The position numbers were made by a program, and so were the translations under genes. This document shows, one piece after another, positions 24,601-39,600 of a stretch of DNA of 64,000 bases. The notes beneath the pieces were generated by a model that was given only the letters and a program-made list of their open reading frames with translations, made no database searches and was not told the DNA's origin. The DNA is from Eledone cirrhosa (lineage: Eukaryota), in the NCBI GenBank assembly GCA_964016885.1, contig OZ024744.1, positions 15,872,001-15,936,000 on the forward strand. The letters run 5' to 3'. Each line of letters opens with the position of its first letter. The stretch's first letter is position 1.

Positions 24601-27600
24601 TGAACGAAGTTGGAGAATGAGAATCTGAAGGAAGTGGGGGAAGGAGAGTATGAAGGAAGTTGAAGGAGAAGAATATGAAGGAAGTTGAAGAAAGAGAATC
24701 TGAAGGATGTTGGAGAAGGAGAGTATGAAGGAAGTTGGAGAAGGAGAGTATGAAGGTGGTTGGAGGAGGAGAATATGAAGGAAGTTAGAAAAGGAGAGTA
24801 TGAAGGAAGTTGGAGAAGGAGAATCTGAAGGAAGTTGGAGAAGGAGAGTATGAAGGAAGTTGGGGGGGGGGAGAATATGAAGGACGTTGAAGGAGGAGAA
24901 TATGAACGAAGTTGAAGAACGAGAACATGAAGGAAGTTGAAGGAGGAGAATATGAAGGAAGTTGAAGAAGGAGAATCAAAAGGAAGTTGGAGAAGGAGAG
25001 AATGAAGGAAGTTGAAGAAGGAGAATCTGAAAGAAGTTGGAGAAGGAGAGTATGAAGGAAGTTGGAGAAGGAGAATCTGAAGGAAGTTGGAGATGGAGAG
25101 TATGAAGGATGTTGAAGGAAAAGAATATGAAGGAGGCTGAAGAAGGAGAATATGAAGGAAGCTGGAGAAGGAGAGTATGAAGGAAGTTGAAGAAGGAGAA
25201 TCTGAAGGAAGTTGGAAAAGGAGAGTATGAAGGAAGTTGGAGAAGGAGAATATGAAGGAAGTTGGAGGAGGAGAGTATGAAGGAAGTTGGGGAAGGAGAA
25301 TCTGACGGACGTTGGAGAAGGAGAGTAGGAAAGAAGTTGGAGAAGGATAATATGAAGGAAGTTGGACAAGGAGAATATGAAGGAAGTTGCAGAAAGAGAA
25401 TCTGAAGGAAGTTGGAGTAGGAGAGTATGAAGGAAGTTGGAGAAGGAGACTATGAAGGAAGTTGGAGAAGGAAAGTATGAAGGAAGTTGGAGAAGGAGAG
25501 TATGAAGGAAGTTGGAGAAGGAGATTATGAAGGAAGTTGGAGAAGGAGAGTATGAAGGAAGTTGCAAAAGGAGCGTATGAAGGAAGTTGGAGAAGGAGAG
25601 TATGAAGAAAGTTGAATAAGGAGAATATGAATGAAGTTGGAGGAGAGTATGAAGGAAGTTGGAGAAGGAGAGTATGAAGGAAGTTGAAGGAGGAGAATAT
25701 GAAGGAAGTTGAAGAAGTAGAATATGAAAGAAGTTGGAAAAGGAGAGTATGCAGGAAGTTAGAGAAGGAGAGTATGAAGGAAGTTGGAGATGGAGAGTAT
25801 GAAGGAAGTTGAATAAGGAGAATATCAAGGAAGTTGGAGAAGGAGAGCTTGATTGAAGTTGGAGAAGGAGAGTATGAAGGAAGTTGGAGAAGGAGAATAT
25901 GAAGGAAGTTGGAAAAGGAGAGTATGAAGGAGGTTGGAAGAGGAGAGTATGAAGGAAGTTGGAGATGGAGAATATGAAGGAAGTTGGAGAAGGATAATAT
26001 GAAGGAAGTTGGAGAACGAGTGTATGAAGGAAGTTGGAGAAGGAGAATATGAAGGAAGTTGAAGGAGGAGAATATGAAGGAAGTTGAAGAAGGAGAATCT
26101 GAAGGAAGTTGGAGAAGGAGAGTATGAAGGATTTTGAAGGAGGAGAATATGAAGGAAGTTGAAGGAGGAGAATATGAACGAATTTGGAGAAGGAGAGTAT
26201 GAACGAAGTTGGAGAATGAGAATCTGAAGGAAGTGGGGGAAGGAGAGTATGAAGGAAGTTGAAGGAGAAGAATATGAAGGAAGTTGAAGAAAGAGAATCT
26301 GAAGGATGTTGGAGAAGGAGAGTATGAAGGAAGTTGGAGAAGGAGAGTATGAAGGTGGTTGGAGGAGGAGAATATGAGGGAAGTTGGAAAAGGAGAGTAT
26401 GAAGGAAGTTGGAGAAGGAGAATATGAAGGAAGTTGGGGAAGAAGGTATGAAGGAAGTTGGAGAAGGAGAGTCTGAAGGAAGTTGGAGATGGAGAGTATG
26501 AAGGAAGTTTAAGAAGGAGAGTATGAAGGAAATTGGAGAAGGAGAGTATGAAGAAAGTTGGAGAAGGAGAATATGAATGAAGTTGGGGAAGAAGGTATGA
26601 AAGAAGTTGGAGAAGGAGAATATGAAGGAAGTTGAAGGAGGAGAACATGAAGGAAGTTGAAGAAGGAGAATATGAAAGAAGTTGCAGAAGGAGAGTAAGC
26701 AGGAAGTTAGAGAAGGAGAGTATGAAGGAAGTTGGACATGGAGAGTATGAAGGAAGTTGAATAAGGAGAATATCAAGGAAGTTGGAGAAGGAGAGTGTGA
26801 TTGGAGTTGGAGAAGGAGAGTATGAAGGAAGTTGGGGAAGGAGAATATGAAGGAAGTTGGAAAAGGAGAGTATGAAGGAGGTTGGAGGAGGTGAGTATGA
26901 AGGAAGTTGGAGATGAAGAATATGAAGGAAGTTGGAGAAGGATAATATGAAGGAAGTTGGAGAAGGTGTGTATGAAGGAAGTTGGAGAAGGAGAATATGA
27001 AGGAAGTTTAAGGAGGAGAATATGAAAAAAGTTGAAGGAGAATATGAAGGAAGTTGGAGAAGGAGAGTATGAAGTAAGTTGAAGGAAGAAAATATGAAGG
27101 AAGCTGGAGGAGGAAAGTATGAAGGAAGTTGGAGAAGGAGAACATGAAGGAAGGTGAAGAAGGATAATATGAAGGAAGTTGGAGGAGAATCTGAAGGAAG
27201 TTGAAGGAAGAAAATATGAAGGAAGTTGAAGAAAGAGAATCTGAAGGATGTTGGAGAAGGAGAGTATGAAGGAAGTTGGAGAAGGAGAGTATGAAGGTGG
27301 TTGGAGGAGGGGAATATGAAGGAAGTTGGAAAAGGAGAGTATGAAGGAAGTTGGAGAAGGAGAATATGAAGGAAGTTGGGGAAGAAGGTATGAAGGAAGT
27401 TGGAGAAGGAGAGTCTGAAGGAAGTTGGAGATGGAAAGTATGAAGGAAGTTGAAGAAGGAGAGTATGAAGGAAATTGGAGAAGGAGAGTATGAAGAAAGT
27501 TGGAGAAGGAGAATATGAATGAAGTTGGGGAAGAAGGTATGAAAGAAGTTGGAGAAGGAGAATATGAAGGAAGTTGAAGGAGGAGAACATGAAGGAAGTT

Positions 27601-30600
27601 GAAGAAGGAGAATATGAAAGAAGTTGGAGAACGAGAGTATGAAGGAAGTTGGAGATGGAGAGTATGAAGGAAGTTGAATAAGGAGACTATCAAGGAAGTT
27701 GGAAAAGGAGAATGTGATTGAAGTTGGAGAAGGAGAGTATGAAGGAAGTTTAAGAAGGAGAATATGAAGGAAGTTGGAGAAGGAGAGTATGAAGGAAGTT
27801 GGAGGAGGAGAGTATGAAGGAAGTTGGAGATGGAGAATATGAAGGAAGTTGTAGAAGGGGAGTGTGAAGGAAGTTGGAGAAGGAGAGTATGAAGGGGGTT
27901 GGAGGAGGAGAATATGAAGGAAGTTGGAGAAGGAGAGTATGAAGGAAGTTGGAGAAGGAGAATATGAAGGAAGTTGGGGAGAAGCTATGAAGGAAGTTGG
28001 AGAAGGAGAGTCTGAAGGAAGTTGGAGATGGAGAGTATGAAGGAAGTTGAAGAAGGAGAGTATGACGGAAGTTGGAGAAGGAGAGTATGAAGGAAGTTGG
28101 AGAAGGTGAGTATGAAGGAAGTTGGAGAAGGAGAGTATGAAGGAAGTTGAAGGAGGAGAATATGAAGTAAGTTGAAGAAGGAGAATCTGAAGGAAGTTGG
28201 AGGAGAGTATGAAGGAAGTTGGAGAAGGAGAATATGAAGGAAGTTGAAGGAGGAGAATATAAACGAATTTGGAGAAGGAGAGTATGAAGGAAGTTGGAGA
28301 ATGAGAATCTGAAGGAAGTTGGTGAAGGAGAGTATGAAGGAAGTTTGAGAAGGAGAATCTGAAGGATGTTGGAGAAGGAGAGTACGAAGGAAGTTGAAGG
28401 AGAAGAATATGAAGGAAGTTGAAGAAGGAGAATATGAAGGAAGTTGGAGAAGGAGAGTATGAAGGAAGTTGGAGAAGTAGAATATGAAGGAAATTGAAGG
28501 AGGAGAATATGAACGAAGTTGGAGAAGAAAAATATGAAGGAAGTTGAAGAAGGATAATCTGAAGGAAGTTGGAGGAGAGTATGAAGGAAGTTGGAGAAGG
28601 AGAGTATGAAGGAAGTTGAAGGAGGAGAATATGAACGAAGTTGGAGAAGGAGAATATGAAGGAAGCTGAAGAACGAGAATCAGAAGGAAGTTGGAGAAGG
28701 AGAATATGAAGGAAGTTGAAGGAGGAGAATATGAAGGAATTTGGAGAAGGAGAGTATGAAGGAAGTCGGAGAAGGAGAATATGAAGGAAGTTGGAGAAGG
28801 AGAGTATGAAGGAAATTGGAGAAGGAGAATATGAAGAAAGTTGAAGGAGGAGAGTATGAAGGACGTTGGAGAAGGAGAGTATGAAGGAAGTTGAAGAAGG
28901 AGAATCTGAAGGAAGATGGGGAAGGAGAGTATGAAGGAAGTTGAAGAAGGAGAATCTGAAGGAAGTTGGAGCAGGAGAGTATGAAGGAATTTGGAGAAGG
29001 AGAGTATGAAGGAAGTTGGAGAAGGAGAGTATGAAGGAAGTTGAAGGAGGAGAATATGAAGTAAGTTGAAGATCGAGAATCTGAAGGAAGTTGGAGGAGA
29101 ATATGAAGGAAGTTGGAGAAGGAGAATATGAAGGAAGTTGAAAAAGGAGAATATAAACGAATTTGGAGAAGGAGAGTATGAAGGAAGTTGGAGAATGAGA
29201 ATCTGAAGGAAGTTGGAGAAGGAGAGTATGAAGGAAGTTTGAGAAGGAGAATCTGAAGGAAGTTGGAGAAGGAGAGTACGAAGGAAGTTGAAGGAGAAGA
29301 ATATGAAGGAAGTTGAAAAATGAGAATCTGAAGGAAGTTGGAGAAGGAGAATATAAAGGAAATTGAAGGAGGAGAATGTGGACGAAGTTGGAGGAGGAGA
29401 ATATGAAGGAAGTTGAAGGAGGAGAATATTAAGGAAGTTGAAGGAGGAGAATATGAACGAAGTTGGAGAAGAAGAATATGAAGGAAGTTGAAGAAGGAGA
29501 ATCTGAAGGAAGTTGGAGGAGAGTATGAAGGAAGTTGGAGAAGGAGAGTATGAAGGAAGTTGAAGGAGGAGAATATGAACGAAGTTGGAGAAGGAGAATA
29601 TGAAGGAAGTTGAAGAAGGAGAATCAGAAGGAAGTTGGAGAAGGAGAGTATGAAGGAAGTTGGAGAAGGAGAATATGAAGGAAGTTGAAGGAGGAGAATA
29701 TGAAGGAAGTTGGAGAAGGAGAGTATGAAGGAAGTTGGAGAAGGAGAATATGAAGGAAGTCGGAGAAGGAGAGTATGAAGGAAGTTGGAGAAGGAGAATA
29801 TGAAGAAAGTTGAAGGAGGAGAGTATGAAGGAAGTTGAAGGAGGAGAATATGAAGGAAGTTGGAGAAGGAGAGTATGAAGGAAGTTGGAGAAGGAGAATA
29901 TGAAGGAAGTCGGAGAAGGAGAGTATGAAGGAAGTTGGAGAAGGAGAATATGAAGAAAGTTGGAGAAGGAGAGTATGAAGGAAGTTGAAGGAGGAGAATA
30001 TGAACGAAGTTGGAGAAGTAGAATATGAAGGAAGTTGAAGAAGGAGAATCAGAAGGAAGTTGGAGAAGGAGAGTATGAAGGAAGTTGGAGAAGGAGAATA
30101 TGAAGGAAGTTGAAGGAGGAGAATATGAAGGAAGTTGGAGAAGGAGAGTATGAAGGAAGTTGGAGAAGGAGAATATGAAGGAAGTTGGAGAAGGAGAGTA
30201 TGAAGGAAGTTGGAGAAGGAGAATATGAAGAAAGTTGAAGGAGGAGAGTATGAAGGAAGTTGGAGAAGGAGAGTATGAAGGAAGTTGAAGAAGGAGAATC
30301 TGAAGGAAGTTGGGGAAGGAGAGTATGAAGGAAGTTGAAGGAGAAGAATATGAAGGAAGTTGAAGAAAGAGAATATGAAGGAAGATGGAGGAGGAGAGTA
30401 TGAAGGAAGTTGGAGAAGGAGAGAATGAAGGAAGTTGGAGAAGGAGAGTATGAAGGAAGTTGAAGGAGGAGAATATGAAGTAAGTTGAAGAAGGAGAATC
30501 TGAAGGAAGTTGGAGGAGAATATGAAGGAAGTTGGAGAAGGAGAATATGAAGGAAGTTGAAGGAGGAGAATATAAACGAATTTGGAGAAGGAGAGTATGA

Positions 30601-33600
30601 AGGAAGTTGGAGAATGAGAATCTGAAGGAAGTTGGAGAAGGAGAGTATGAAGGAAGTTTGAGAAGGAGAATCTGAAGGAAGTTGGAGAAGGAGAGTACGA
30701 AGGAAGTTGAAGGAGAAGAATATGAAGGAAGTTGAAGAAGGAGAATATGAAGGAAGTTGAAGGAGGAGAATATAAACGAATTTGGAGAAGGAGAGTATGA
30801 AGGAAGTTGGAGAATGAGAATCTGAAGGACGTTGGAGAAGGAGAGTATGAAGGAAGTTGGAGAAGGAGAATATGAAGGAAATTGAAGGAGGAGAATGTGG
30901 ACGAAGTTGGAGAAGGAGAATATGAAGGAAGTTGAAGGAGGAGAATATTAAGGAAGTTGAAGAAGGAGAATCAGAAGGAAGTTGGAGAAGGAGAGTATGA
31001 AGGAAGTTGAAGGAGGAGAATATGAACGAAGTTGGAGAAGGAGAATATGAAGGAAGTTGGAGTAGGAGAATATGAAGGAAGTTGAAGAAGGAGAATCAGA
31101 AGGAAGTTGGAGAAGGAGAGTATGAAGGAAGTTGAAAAAGGAGTATCTGAAAGAAGTTGGAGAAGTAGAGTATGAAGGAAGTTGGAGAAGGAGAATATGA
31201 AGGAAGTTGAAGGAGGAGAATATGAAGAAAGTTGGAGAAGGAGAGTATGAAGGAAGTTGAAGGAGAAGAATATGAAGGAAGTTGAAGAAGGAGAATCTGA
31301 AGGAAGTTGGAGAAGGAGAGTATGAAGGAAGTTGGAGAAGGAGAGTATGAAGGAAGTTGGAGAAGGAGAGTATGAAGGAAGTTGAAGAAGGAGAATCAGA
31401 AGGAAGTTGGAGAAGGAGAGTATGAAGGAAGTTGGAGAAGGAGAATATGAAGGAAGTTGAAGGAGGAGAATATGAAGGAAGTTGGAGAAGGAGAGTATGA
31501 AGGAAGTTGGAGAGGATGTTGGAGAAGGAGAGTATGAAGGAAGTTGGAGAAGGAGAATATGAAGTGAGTTGAAGAAGGAGAATCTGAAGGAAGTTGGAGG
31601 AGAGTATGAAGGAAGTTGGAGAAGGAGAATATGAAGGAAGTTGAAGGAGGAGAATATAAACGAATTTGGAGAAGGAGAGTATGAAGGAAGTTGGAGAATG
31701 AGAATCTGAAGGAAGTTGGAGAAGGAGAGTATGAAGGAAATTTGAGAAGGAGAATCAGAAGAAAGTTGGAGAAGGAGAGTACGAAGGAAGTTGAAGAAGG
31801 AGAATCTGAAGGAAGTTGGAGATGGAGAGTATGAAGGAAGTTGGAGAAGGAGAATATGAAGGAAATAGAAGGGGGAGAATATGAACGAAGTTGGAGAAGG
31901 AGAATATGAAGGAAGTTGAAGAAGGAGAATCAGAAGGAAGTTGGAGAAGGAGAGTATGAAGGAAAGTTGGAGAAGGAGAATATGAAGGAAGTTGAAGGAG
32001 GAGAATATGAAGGAAGTTGGAGAAGGAGAGTATGAAGGAAGTTGGAGAGGATGTTGGAGAAGGAGAGTATGAAGGAAGTTGGAGAAGGAGAATATGAAGG
32101 AAGTTGAAGAAGGAGAATCTGAAGGAAGTTGGGGAAGGAGAGTATGAAGGAAGTTGAAGGAGAAGAATAGGAAGGAAGTTGAAGAAAGAAAATCTGAAGG
32201 AATTTGGAGAAGGAGAGTATGAAGGAAGTTGAAGAAGGAGAATCTGAAGGAAGTTGGAGAAGGAGAGTATGAAGGAAGTTGGTGGAGGAAAATATGAAGG
32301 AAGTTGAAGGAGGAGAATATGAACGAAGTTGGAGAAGGAGAATATGAAGGAAGTTGAAGGAGGAGAATATGAAGGAAGTTGAAGAAGGAGTATCAGAAGG
32401 AAGTTGGAGAAGCACAGAATGAAGGAAGTTGAAGAAGGAGAGCATGAAGGAAGTTGAAGGAGAAGAATATGAAGGAAGTTGAAGAAGGAGAATCTGAAGG
32501 AAGTTGGAGAAGGAGAGTCTGAAGGAATTTGGAGAAGGAGAATATGAAGGAAGTTGGAGAAGGAGATTATGAAGGAAGTTGAAGGAGGAGAATATGAAGT
32601 AAGTTGAAGAAGGAGAATCTGAAGGAAGTTGGAGGAGAGTATGAAGGAAGTTAAAGGACAATTTGAAGGAAGTTGGAGAAGGAGAGTATGAAGGAAGTTG
32701 GAGAAGGAGAATATGAAGGAAGTTGGAGAAGGAGAATATGAAGGAAGTTGGAGAAGGATAGTATGAAGGAAGTTGAAGGAAAAGAATATGAAGGAAGTTG
32801 AAGAAGGAGAATCTGAAGGAAGTTGGAGATGGAGAGTATGAAGGAAGTTGAAGAAGGAGTATCTGAAGGAAGTTGGAGAAGGAGAGTATGAAGGAAGTTG
32901 GGGAAGAAGGTATGAAGGAAGTTGGAGAAGGAGAGTATGAAGGAAGTTGGAGAAGGAGAGTATGAAGGAAGTTGGAGAAGGAGAGTATGAAGGAAGTTGA
33001 AGAAGGAGAATATGAAGGAAGTTGGAGAAGAAGAGTATGAAGGAAGTTGAAGGAGGAGAACATGAAGGAAGTTGAAGAAGGAGAATCTGAAGGAAGTTGG
33101 AGAAGGAGAGTATGAAGGAAGTTGAAGGAGGAGAATATGAAGGAAGTTGAAGGAGGAGAATATGAACGAATTTGGAGAAGGAGAGTATGAAGGAAGTTGG
33201 AGAATGAGAATCTGAAGGAAGTTGGAGAAGGAGAATATGAAGGAAGTTGGAGAAGGAGAATCTGAAGGAAGTTGGAGAAGGAGAGTATGAAGGAAGTTGA
33301 AGAAGGAGAATCTGAAGGAAGTTGGAGAAGGAGAGTATGAAGGAAGTTGGGGGAGGAGAATATGAAGGAAGTTGAAGGAGGAGAATATGAACGAAGTTGA
33401 AGAAGGAGAATATGAAGGAAGTTGAAGGGGGAGAATATGAAGGAAGTTGAAGAAGGAGAATCAGAAGGAAGTTGGAGAAGGAGAGAATGAAGGAAGTTGA
33501 AGAAGGAGAATCTGAAAGAAGTTGGAGAAGGAGAGTAGTAAGGAAGTTGGAGAAGGAGAATCTGAAAGAAGTTGGAGAAGGAGAGTATGAAGGAATTTGA

Positions 33601-36600
33601 AGGAGAAGTATATGAAGGAAGTTGAGGAAGTAGAATCTGAAGGAAGTTGGAGAAAGAGAGTATGAAGGAAGTTGAAGAAGGAGAATCTGAAGGAAGTTGG
33701 AAAAGGAGAGTATGAAGGAAGTTGGAGAAGGAGAATATGAAGGAAGTTGGAGAAGGAGAGTATGAAGGAAGTTGGAGAAGAAGAATCTGAAGGAAGTTGG
33801 AGAAGGAGAGTACGAAGGAATTTGAAGGAGAAGAATATGAAGGAAGTTGAAGGAGAATCTGAAGGAAGTTGGAGAAGGAGAGTATGAAGGAAGTTGAAGA
33901 AGGAGAATCTGAAGGAAGTTGGAGATGGAGAGCATGAAGGAAGTTAGAGAAGGAGAATATGAAGGAAATTGAAGGAAGAGTATATGAACGAAGTTGGAGA
34001 AGGAGAATATGAAGGAAGTTGAAGGAGGAGAAAATGAAGGAAGTTGAAGAAGGAGAATCAGAAGGAAGTTGGAGAAGGAGAGTATGAAGGAAGTTGAAGA
34101 AGGAGAATCTGAAAGAAGTTGGAGAAGGAGAGTATGAAGGAATTTGGAGATGGAGAATCTGAAGGAAGTTGGAGAAAGAGAGTATGAAGGAATTTGAAGG
34201 AGAAGAATATGAAGGAAGTTGAAGAAGGAGAATCTGAAGGAAGTTGGAGAAGGAGAGCATGAATGAAGTTGAAGAAGGAGAATCTGAAGGAAGTTGGAGG
34301 AGAGTATGAAGGAAGTTGGAGAAAGAGAGTATGAAGAAAGTTGAAGGAGGAGTATATGAACGAAGTTGGAGATGGAGAATATGAAGAAGTTGAAGTAGGA
34401 GAATATGGAGTAAGTTGAAGAAGGAGAATCAGAAGGAAGTTGGAGAAGGAGAATATGAAGGAAGTTGAAGGAGCAGAATATGAAGGAGGTTGGAGAAGGA
34501 GAGTATTAAGGAAGTTGGAGAAGGAGAATATGAAGGAATTTGGAGAAGGAGAGTATGAAGGAAGTTGGAGAAGGAGAATATGAAGAAAGTTGAAGGAGGA
34601 GAATATGAAGGAAGTTGGAGGAGGAGAGTATGAAGGAAGTTGGAGAAGGAGAGTATGAAGGAGGTTGGAGAAGGAGAATATGAAGGAAGTTGGAGAAGGA
34701 GAGTATGAAGGAGCTTGGAATTGTAGAGTATGAAGGAAGTTGGAGAAGGATAATATGAAGGAAGTTGGAGAAGCAGAGTATGAAGGATGTTGGAGAAGGA
34801 GAGTATGAAGGAAGTTGGAGAAGGAGAGTATGAAGGAAGTTGGAGAAGGAGAATATGAAGGAAGTTGGAGAAGGAGAGTATGAAGGAAGTTGAAGGAGGA
34901 GAATATGAACGAAGTTGGAGAAGGAGAATATGAAGGAAGTTGAAGAAGGAGAATCAGAAGGAAGTTGGAGAAGGAGAGTATGAAGGAAGTTGGAGAAGGA
35001 GAATATGAAGGAAGTTGAAGGAGGAGAATATGAAGGAAGTTGGAGAAGGAGAGTATGAAGGAAGTTGGAGAAGGAGAATATGAAGGAAGTTGGAGAAGGA
35101 GAGTATGAAGGAAGTTGGAGAAGGAGAATATGAAGAAAGTTGAAGGAGGAGAGTATGAAGGAAGTTGGAGAAGGAGAGTATGAAGGAAGTTGAAGAAGGA
35201 GAATCTGAAGGAAGTTGGGGAAGGAGAGTATGAAGGAAGTTGAAGGAGAAGAATATGAAGGAAGTTGAAGAAAGAGAATATGAAGGAAGATGGAGGAGGA
35301 GAGTATGAAGGAAGTTGGAGAAGGAGAGAATGAAGGAAGTTGGAGAAGGAGAGTATGAAGGAAGTTGAAGGAGGAGAATATGAAGTAAGTTGAAGAAGGA
35401 GAATCTGAAGGAAGTTGGAGGAGAATATGAAGGAAGTTGGAGAAGGAGAATATGAAGGAAGTTGAAGGAGGAGAATATAAAAGAATTTGGAGAAGGAGAG
35501 TATGAAGGAAGTTGGAGAATGAGAATCTGAAGGAAGTTGGAGAAGGAGAGTATGAAGGAAGTTTGAGAAGGAGAATCTGAAGGAAGTTGGAGAAGGAGAG
35601 TACGAAGGAAGTTGAAGGAGAAGAATATGAAGGAAGTTGAAGAAGGAGAATATGAAGGAAGTTGAAGGAGGAGAATATAAACGAATTTGGAGAAGGAGAG
35701 TATGAAGGAAGTTGGAGAATGAGAATCTGAAGGACGTTGGAGAAGGAGAGTATGAAGGAAGTTGGAGAAGGAGAATATGAAGGAAATTGAAGGAGGAGAA
35801 TGTGGACGAAGTTGGAGAAGGAGAATATGAAGGAAGTTGAAGGAGGAGAATATTAAGGAAGTTGAAGAAGGAGAATCAGAAGGAAGTTGGAGAAGGAGAG
35901 TATGAAGGAAGTTGAAGGAGGAGAATATGAACGAAGTTGGAGAAGGAGAATATGAAGGAAGTTGAAGTAGGAGAATATGAAGGAAGTTGAAGAAGGAGAA
36001 TCAGAAGGAAGTTGGAGAAGGAGAGTATGAAGGAAGTTGAAAAAGGAGTATCTGAAAGAAGTTGGAGAAGTAGAGTATGAAGGAAGTTGGAGAAGGAGAA
36101 TATGAAGGAAGTTGAAGGAGGAGAATATGAAGAAAGTTGGAGAAGGAGAGTATGAAGGAAGTTGAAGGAGAAGAATATGAAGGAAGTTGAAGAAGGAGAA
36201 TCTGAAGGATGTTGGAGAAGGAGAGTATGAAGGAAGTTGGAGAAGGAGAGTATGAAGGAAGTTGGAGAAGGAGAGTATGAAGGAAGTTGAAGAAGGAGAA
36301 TCAGAAGGAAGTTGGAGAAGGAGAGTATGAAGGAAGTTGGAGAAGGAGAATATGAAGGAAGTTGAAGGAGGAGAATATGAAGGAAGTTGGAGAAGGAGAG
36401 TATGAAGGAAGTTGGAGAGGATGTTGGAGAAGGAGAGTATGAAGGAAGTTGGAGAAGGAGAATATGAAGTAAGTTGAAGAAGGAGAATCTGAAGGAAGTT
36501 GGAGGAGAGTATGAAGGAAGTTGGAGAAGGAGAATATGAAGGAAGTTGAAGGAGGAGAATATAAACGAATTTGGAGAAGGAGAGTATGAAGGAAGTTGGA

Positions 36601-39600
36601 GAATGAGAATCTGAAGGAAGTTGGAGAAGGAGAGTATGAAGGAAATTTGAGAAGGAGAATCAGAAGAAAGTTGGAGAAGGAGAGTACGAAGGAAGTTGAA
36701 GAAGGAGAATCTGAAGGAAGTTGGAGATGGAGAGTATGAAGGAAGTTGGAGAAGGAGAATATGAAGGAAATAGAAGGGGGAGAATATGAACGAAGTTGGA
36801 GAAGGAGAATATGAAGGAAGTTGAAGAAGGAGAATCAGAAGGAAGTTGGAGAAGGAGAGTATGAAGGAAGTTGGAGAAGGAGAATATGAAGGAAGTTGAA
36901 GGAGGAGAATATGAAGGAAGTTGGAGAAGGAGAGTATGAAGGAAGTTGGAGAGGATGTTGGAGAAGGAGAGTATGAAGGAAGTTGGAGAAGGAGAATATG
37001 AAGGAAGTTGAAGAAGGAGAATCTGAAGGAAGTTGGGGAAGGAGAGTATGAAGGAAGTTGAAGGAGAAGAATAGGAAGGAAGTTGAAGAAAGAAAATCTG
37101 AAGGAATTTGGAGAAGGAGAGTATGAAGGAAGTTGAAGAAGGAGAATCTGAAGGAAGTTGGAGAAGGAGAGTATGAAGGAAGTTGGTGGAGGAAAATATG
37201 AAGGAAGTTGAAGGAGGAGAATATGAACGAAGTTGGAGAAGGAGAATATGAAGGAAGTTGAAGGAGGAGAATATGAAGGAAGTTGAAGAAGGAGTATCAG
37301 AAGGAAGTTGGAGAAGCACAGAATGAAGGAAGTTGAAGAAGGAGAGCATGAAGGAAGTTGAAGGAGAAGAATATGAAGGAAGTTGAAGAAGGAGAATCTG
37401 AAGGAAGTTGGAGAAGGAGAGTCTGAAGGAATTTGGAGAAGGAGAATATGAAGGAAGTTGGAGAAGGAGATTATGAAGGAAGTTGAAGGAGGAGAATATG
37501 AAGTAAGTTGAAGAAGGAGAATCTGAAGGAAGTTGGAGGAGAGTATGAAGGAAGTTGAAGGACAATCTGAAGGAAGTTGGAGAAGGAGAGTATGAAGGAA
37601 GTTGGAGAAGGAGAATATGAAGGAAGTTGGAGAAGGAGAATATGAAGGAAGTTGGAGAAGGATAGTATGAAGGAAGTTGAAGGAAAAGAATATGAAGGAA
37701 GTTGAAGAAGGAGAATCTGAAGGAAGTTGGAGATGGAGAGTATGAAGGAAGTTGAAGAAGGAGTATCTGAAGGAAGTTGGAGAAGGAGAGTATGAAGGAA
37801 GTTGGAGAAGGAGCGTATGAAGGATGTTGGAGAAGGAGAGTATGAAGAAAGTTGAATAAGGAGAATATGAAGGAAGTTGGAGAAGAAGAGTATGAAGGAA
37901 GTTGGGGAAGAAGGTATGAAGGAAGTTGGAGAAGGAGAGTATGAAGGAAGTTGGAGAAGGAGAGTATGAAGGAAGTTGGAGAAGGAGAGTATGAAGGAAG
38001 TTGAAGAAGGAGAATATGAAGGAAGTTGGAGAAGAAGAGTATGAAGGAAGTTGAAGGAGGAGAACATGAAGGAAGTTGAAGAAGGAGAATCTGAAGGAAG
38101 TTGGAGAAGGAGAGTATGAAGGAAGTTGAAGGAGGAGAATATGAAGGAAGTTGAAGGAGGAGAATATGAACGAATTTGGAGAAGGAGAGTATGAAGGAAG
38201 TTGGAGAATGAGAATCTGAAGGAAGTTGGAGAAGGAGAATATGAAGGAAGTTGGAGAAGGAGAATCTGAAGGAAGTTGGAGAAGGAGAGTATGAAGGAAG
38301 TTGAAGAAGGAGAATCTGAAGGAAGTTGGAGAAGGAGAGTATGAAGGAAGTTGGGGGAGGAGAATATGAAGGAAGTTGAAGGAGGAGAATATGAACGAAG
38401 TTGAAGAAGGAGAATATGAAGGAAGTTGAAGGGGGAGAATATGAAGGAAGTTGAAGAAGGAGAATCAGAAGGAAGTTGGAGAAGGAGAGAATGAAGGAAG
38501 TTGAAGAAGGAGAATCTGAAAGAAGTTGGAGAAGGAGAGTAGTAAGGAAGTTGGAGAAGGAGAATCTGAAAGAAGTTGGAGAAGGAGAGTATGAAGGAAG
38601 TTGAAGGAGAAGTATATGAAGGAAGTTGAGGAAGTAGAATCTGAAGGAAGTTGGAGAAAGAGAGTATGAAGGAAGTTGAAGAAGGAGAATCTGAAGGAAG
38701 TTGGAAAAGGAGAGTATGAAGGAAGTTGGAGAAGGAGAATATGAAGGAAGTTGGAGAAGGAGAGTATGAAGGAAGTTGGAGAAGAAGAATCTGAAGGAAG
38801 TTGGAGAAGGAGAGTATGAAGGAATTTGAAGGAGAAGAATATGAAGGAAGTTGAAGGAGAATCTGAAGGAAGTTGGAGAAGGAGAGTATGAAGGAAGTTG
38901 AAGAAGGAGAATCTGAAGGAAGTTGGAGATGGAGAGCATGAAGGAAGTTAGAGAAGGAGAATATGAAGGAAGAGTATATGAACGAAGTTGGAGAAGGAGA
39001 ATATGAAGGAAGTTGAAGGAGGAGAAAATGAAGGAAGTTGAAGAAGGAGAATCAGAAGGAAGTTGGAGAAGGAGAGTATGAAGGAAGTTGAAGAAGGAGA
39101 ATCTGAAAGAAGTTGGAGAAGGAGAGTATGAAGGAATTTGGAGATGGAGAATCTGAAGGAAGTTGGAGAAAGAGAGTATGAAGGAATTTGAAGGAGAAGA
39201 ATATGAAGGAAGTTGAAGAAGGAGAATCTGAAGGAAGTTGGAGAAGGAGAGCATGAATGAAGTTGAAGAAGGAGAATCTGAAGGAAGTTGGAGGAGAGTA
39301 TGAAGGAAGTTGGAGAAAGAGAGTATGAAGAAAGTTGAAGGAGGAGTATATGAACGAAGTTGGAGATGGAGAATATGAAGAAGTTGAAGTAGGAGAATAT
39401 GGAGTAAGTTGAAGAAGGAGAATCAGAAGGAAGTTGGAGAAGGAGAATATGAAGGAAGTTGAAGGAGCAGAATATGAAGGAGGTTGGAGAAGGAGAGTAT
39501 GAAGGAAGTTGGAGAAGGAGAATATGAAGGAATTTGGAGAAGGAGAGTATGAAGGAAGTTGGAGAAGGAGAATATGAAGAAAGTTGAAGGAGGAGAATAT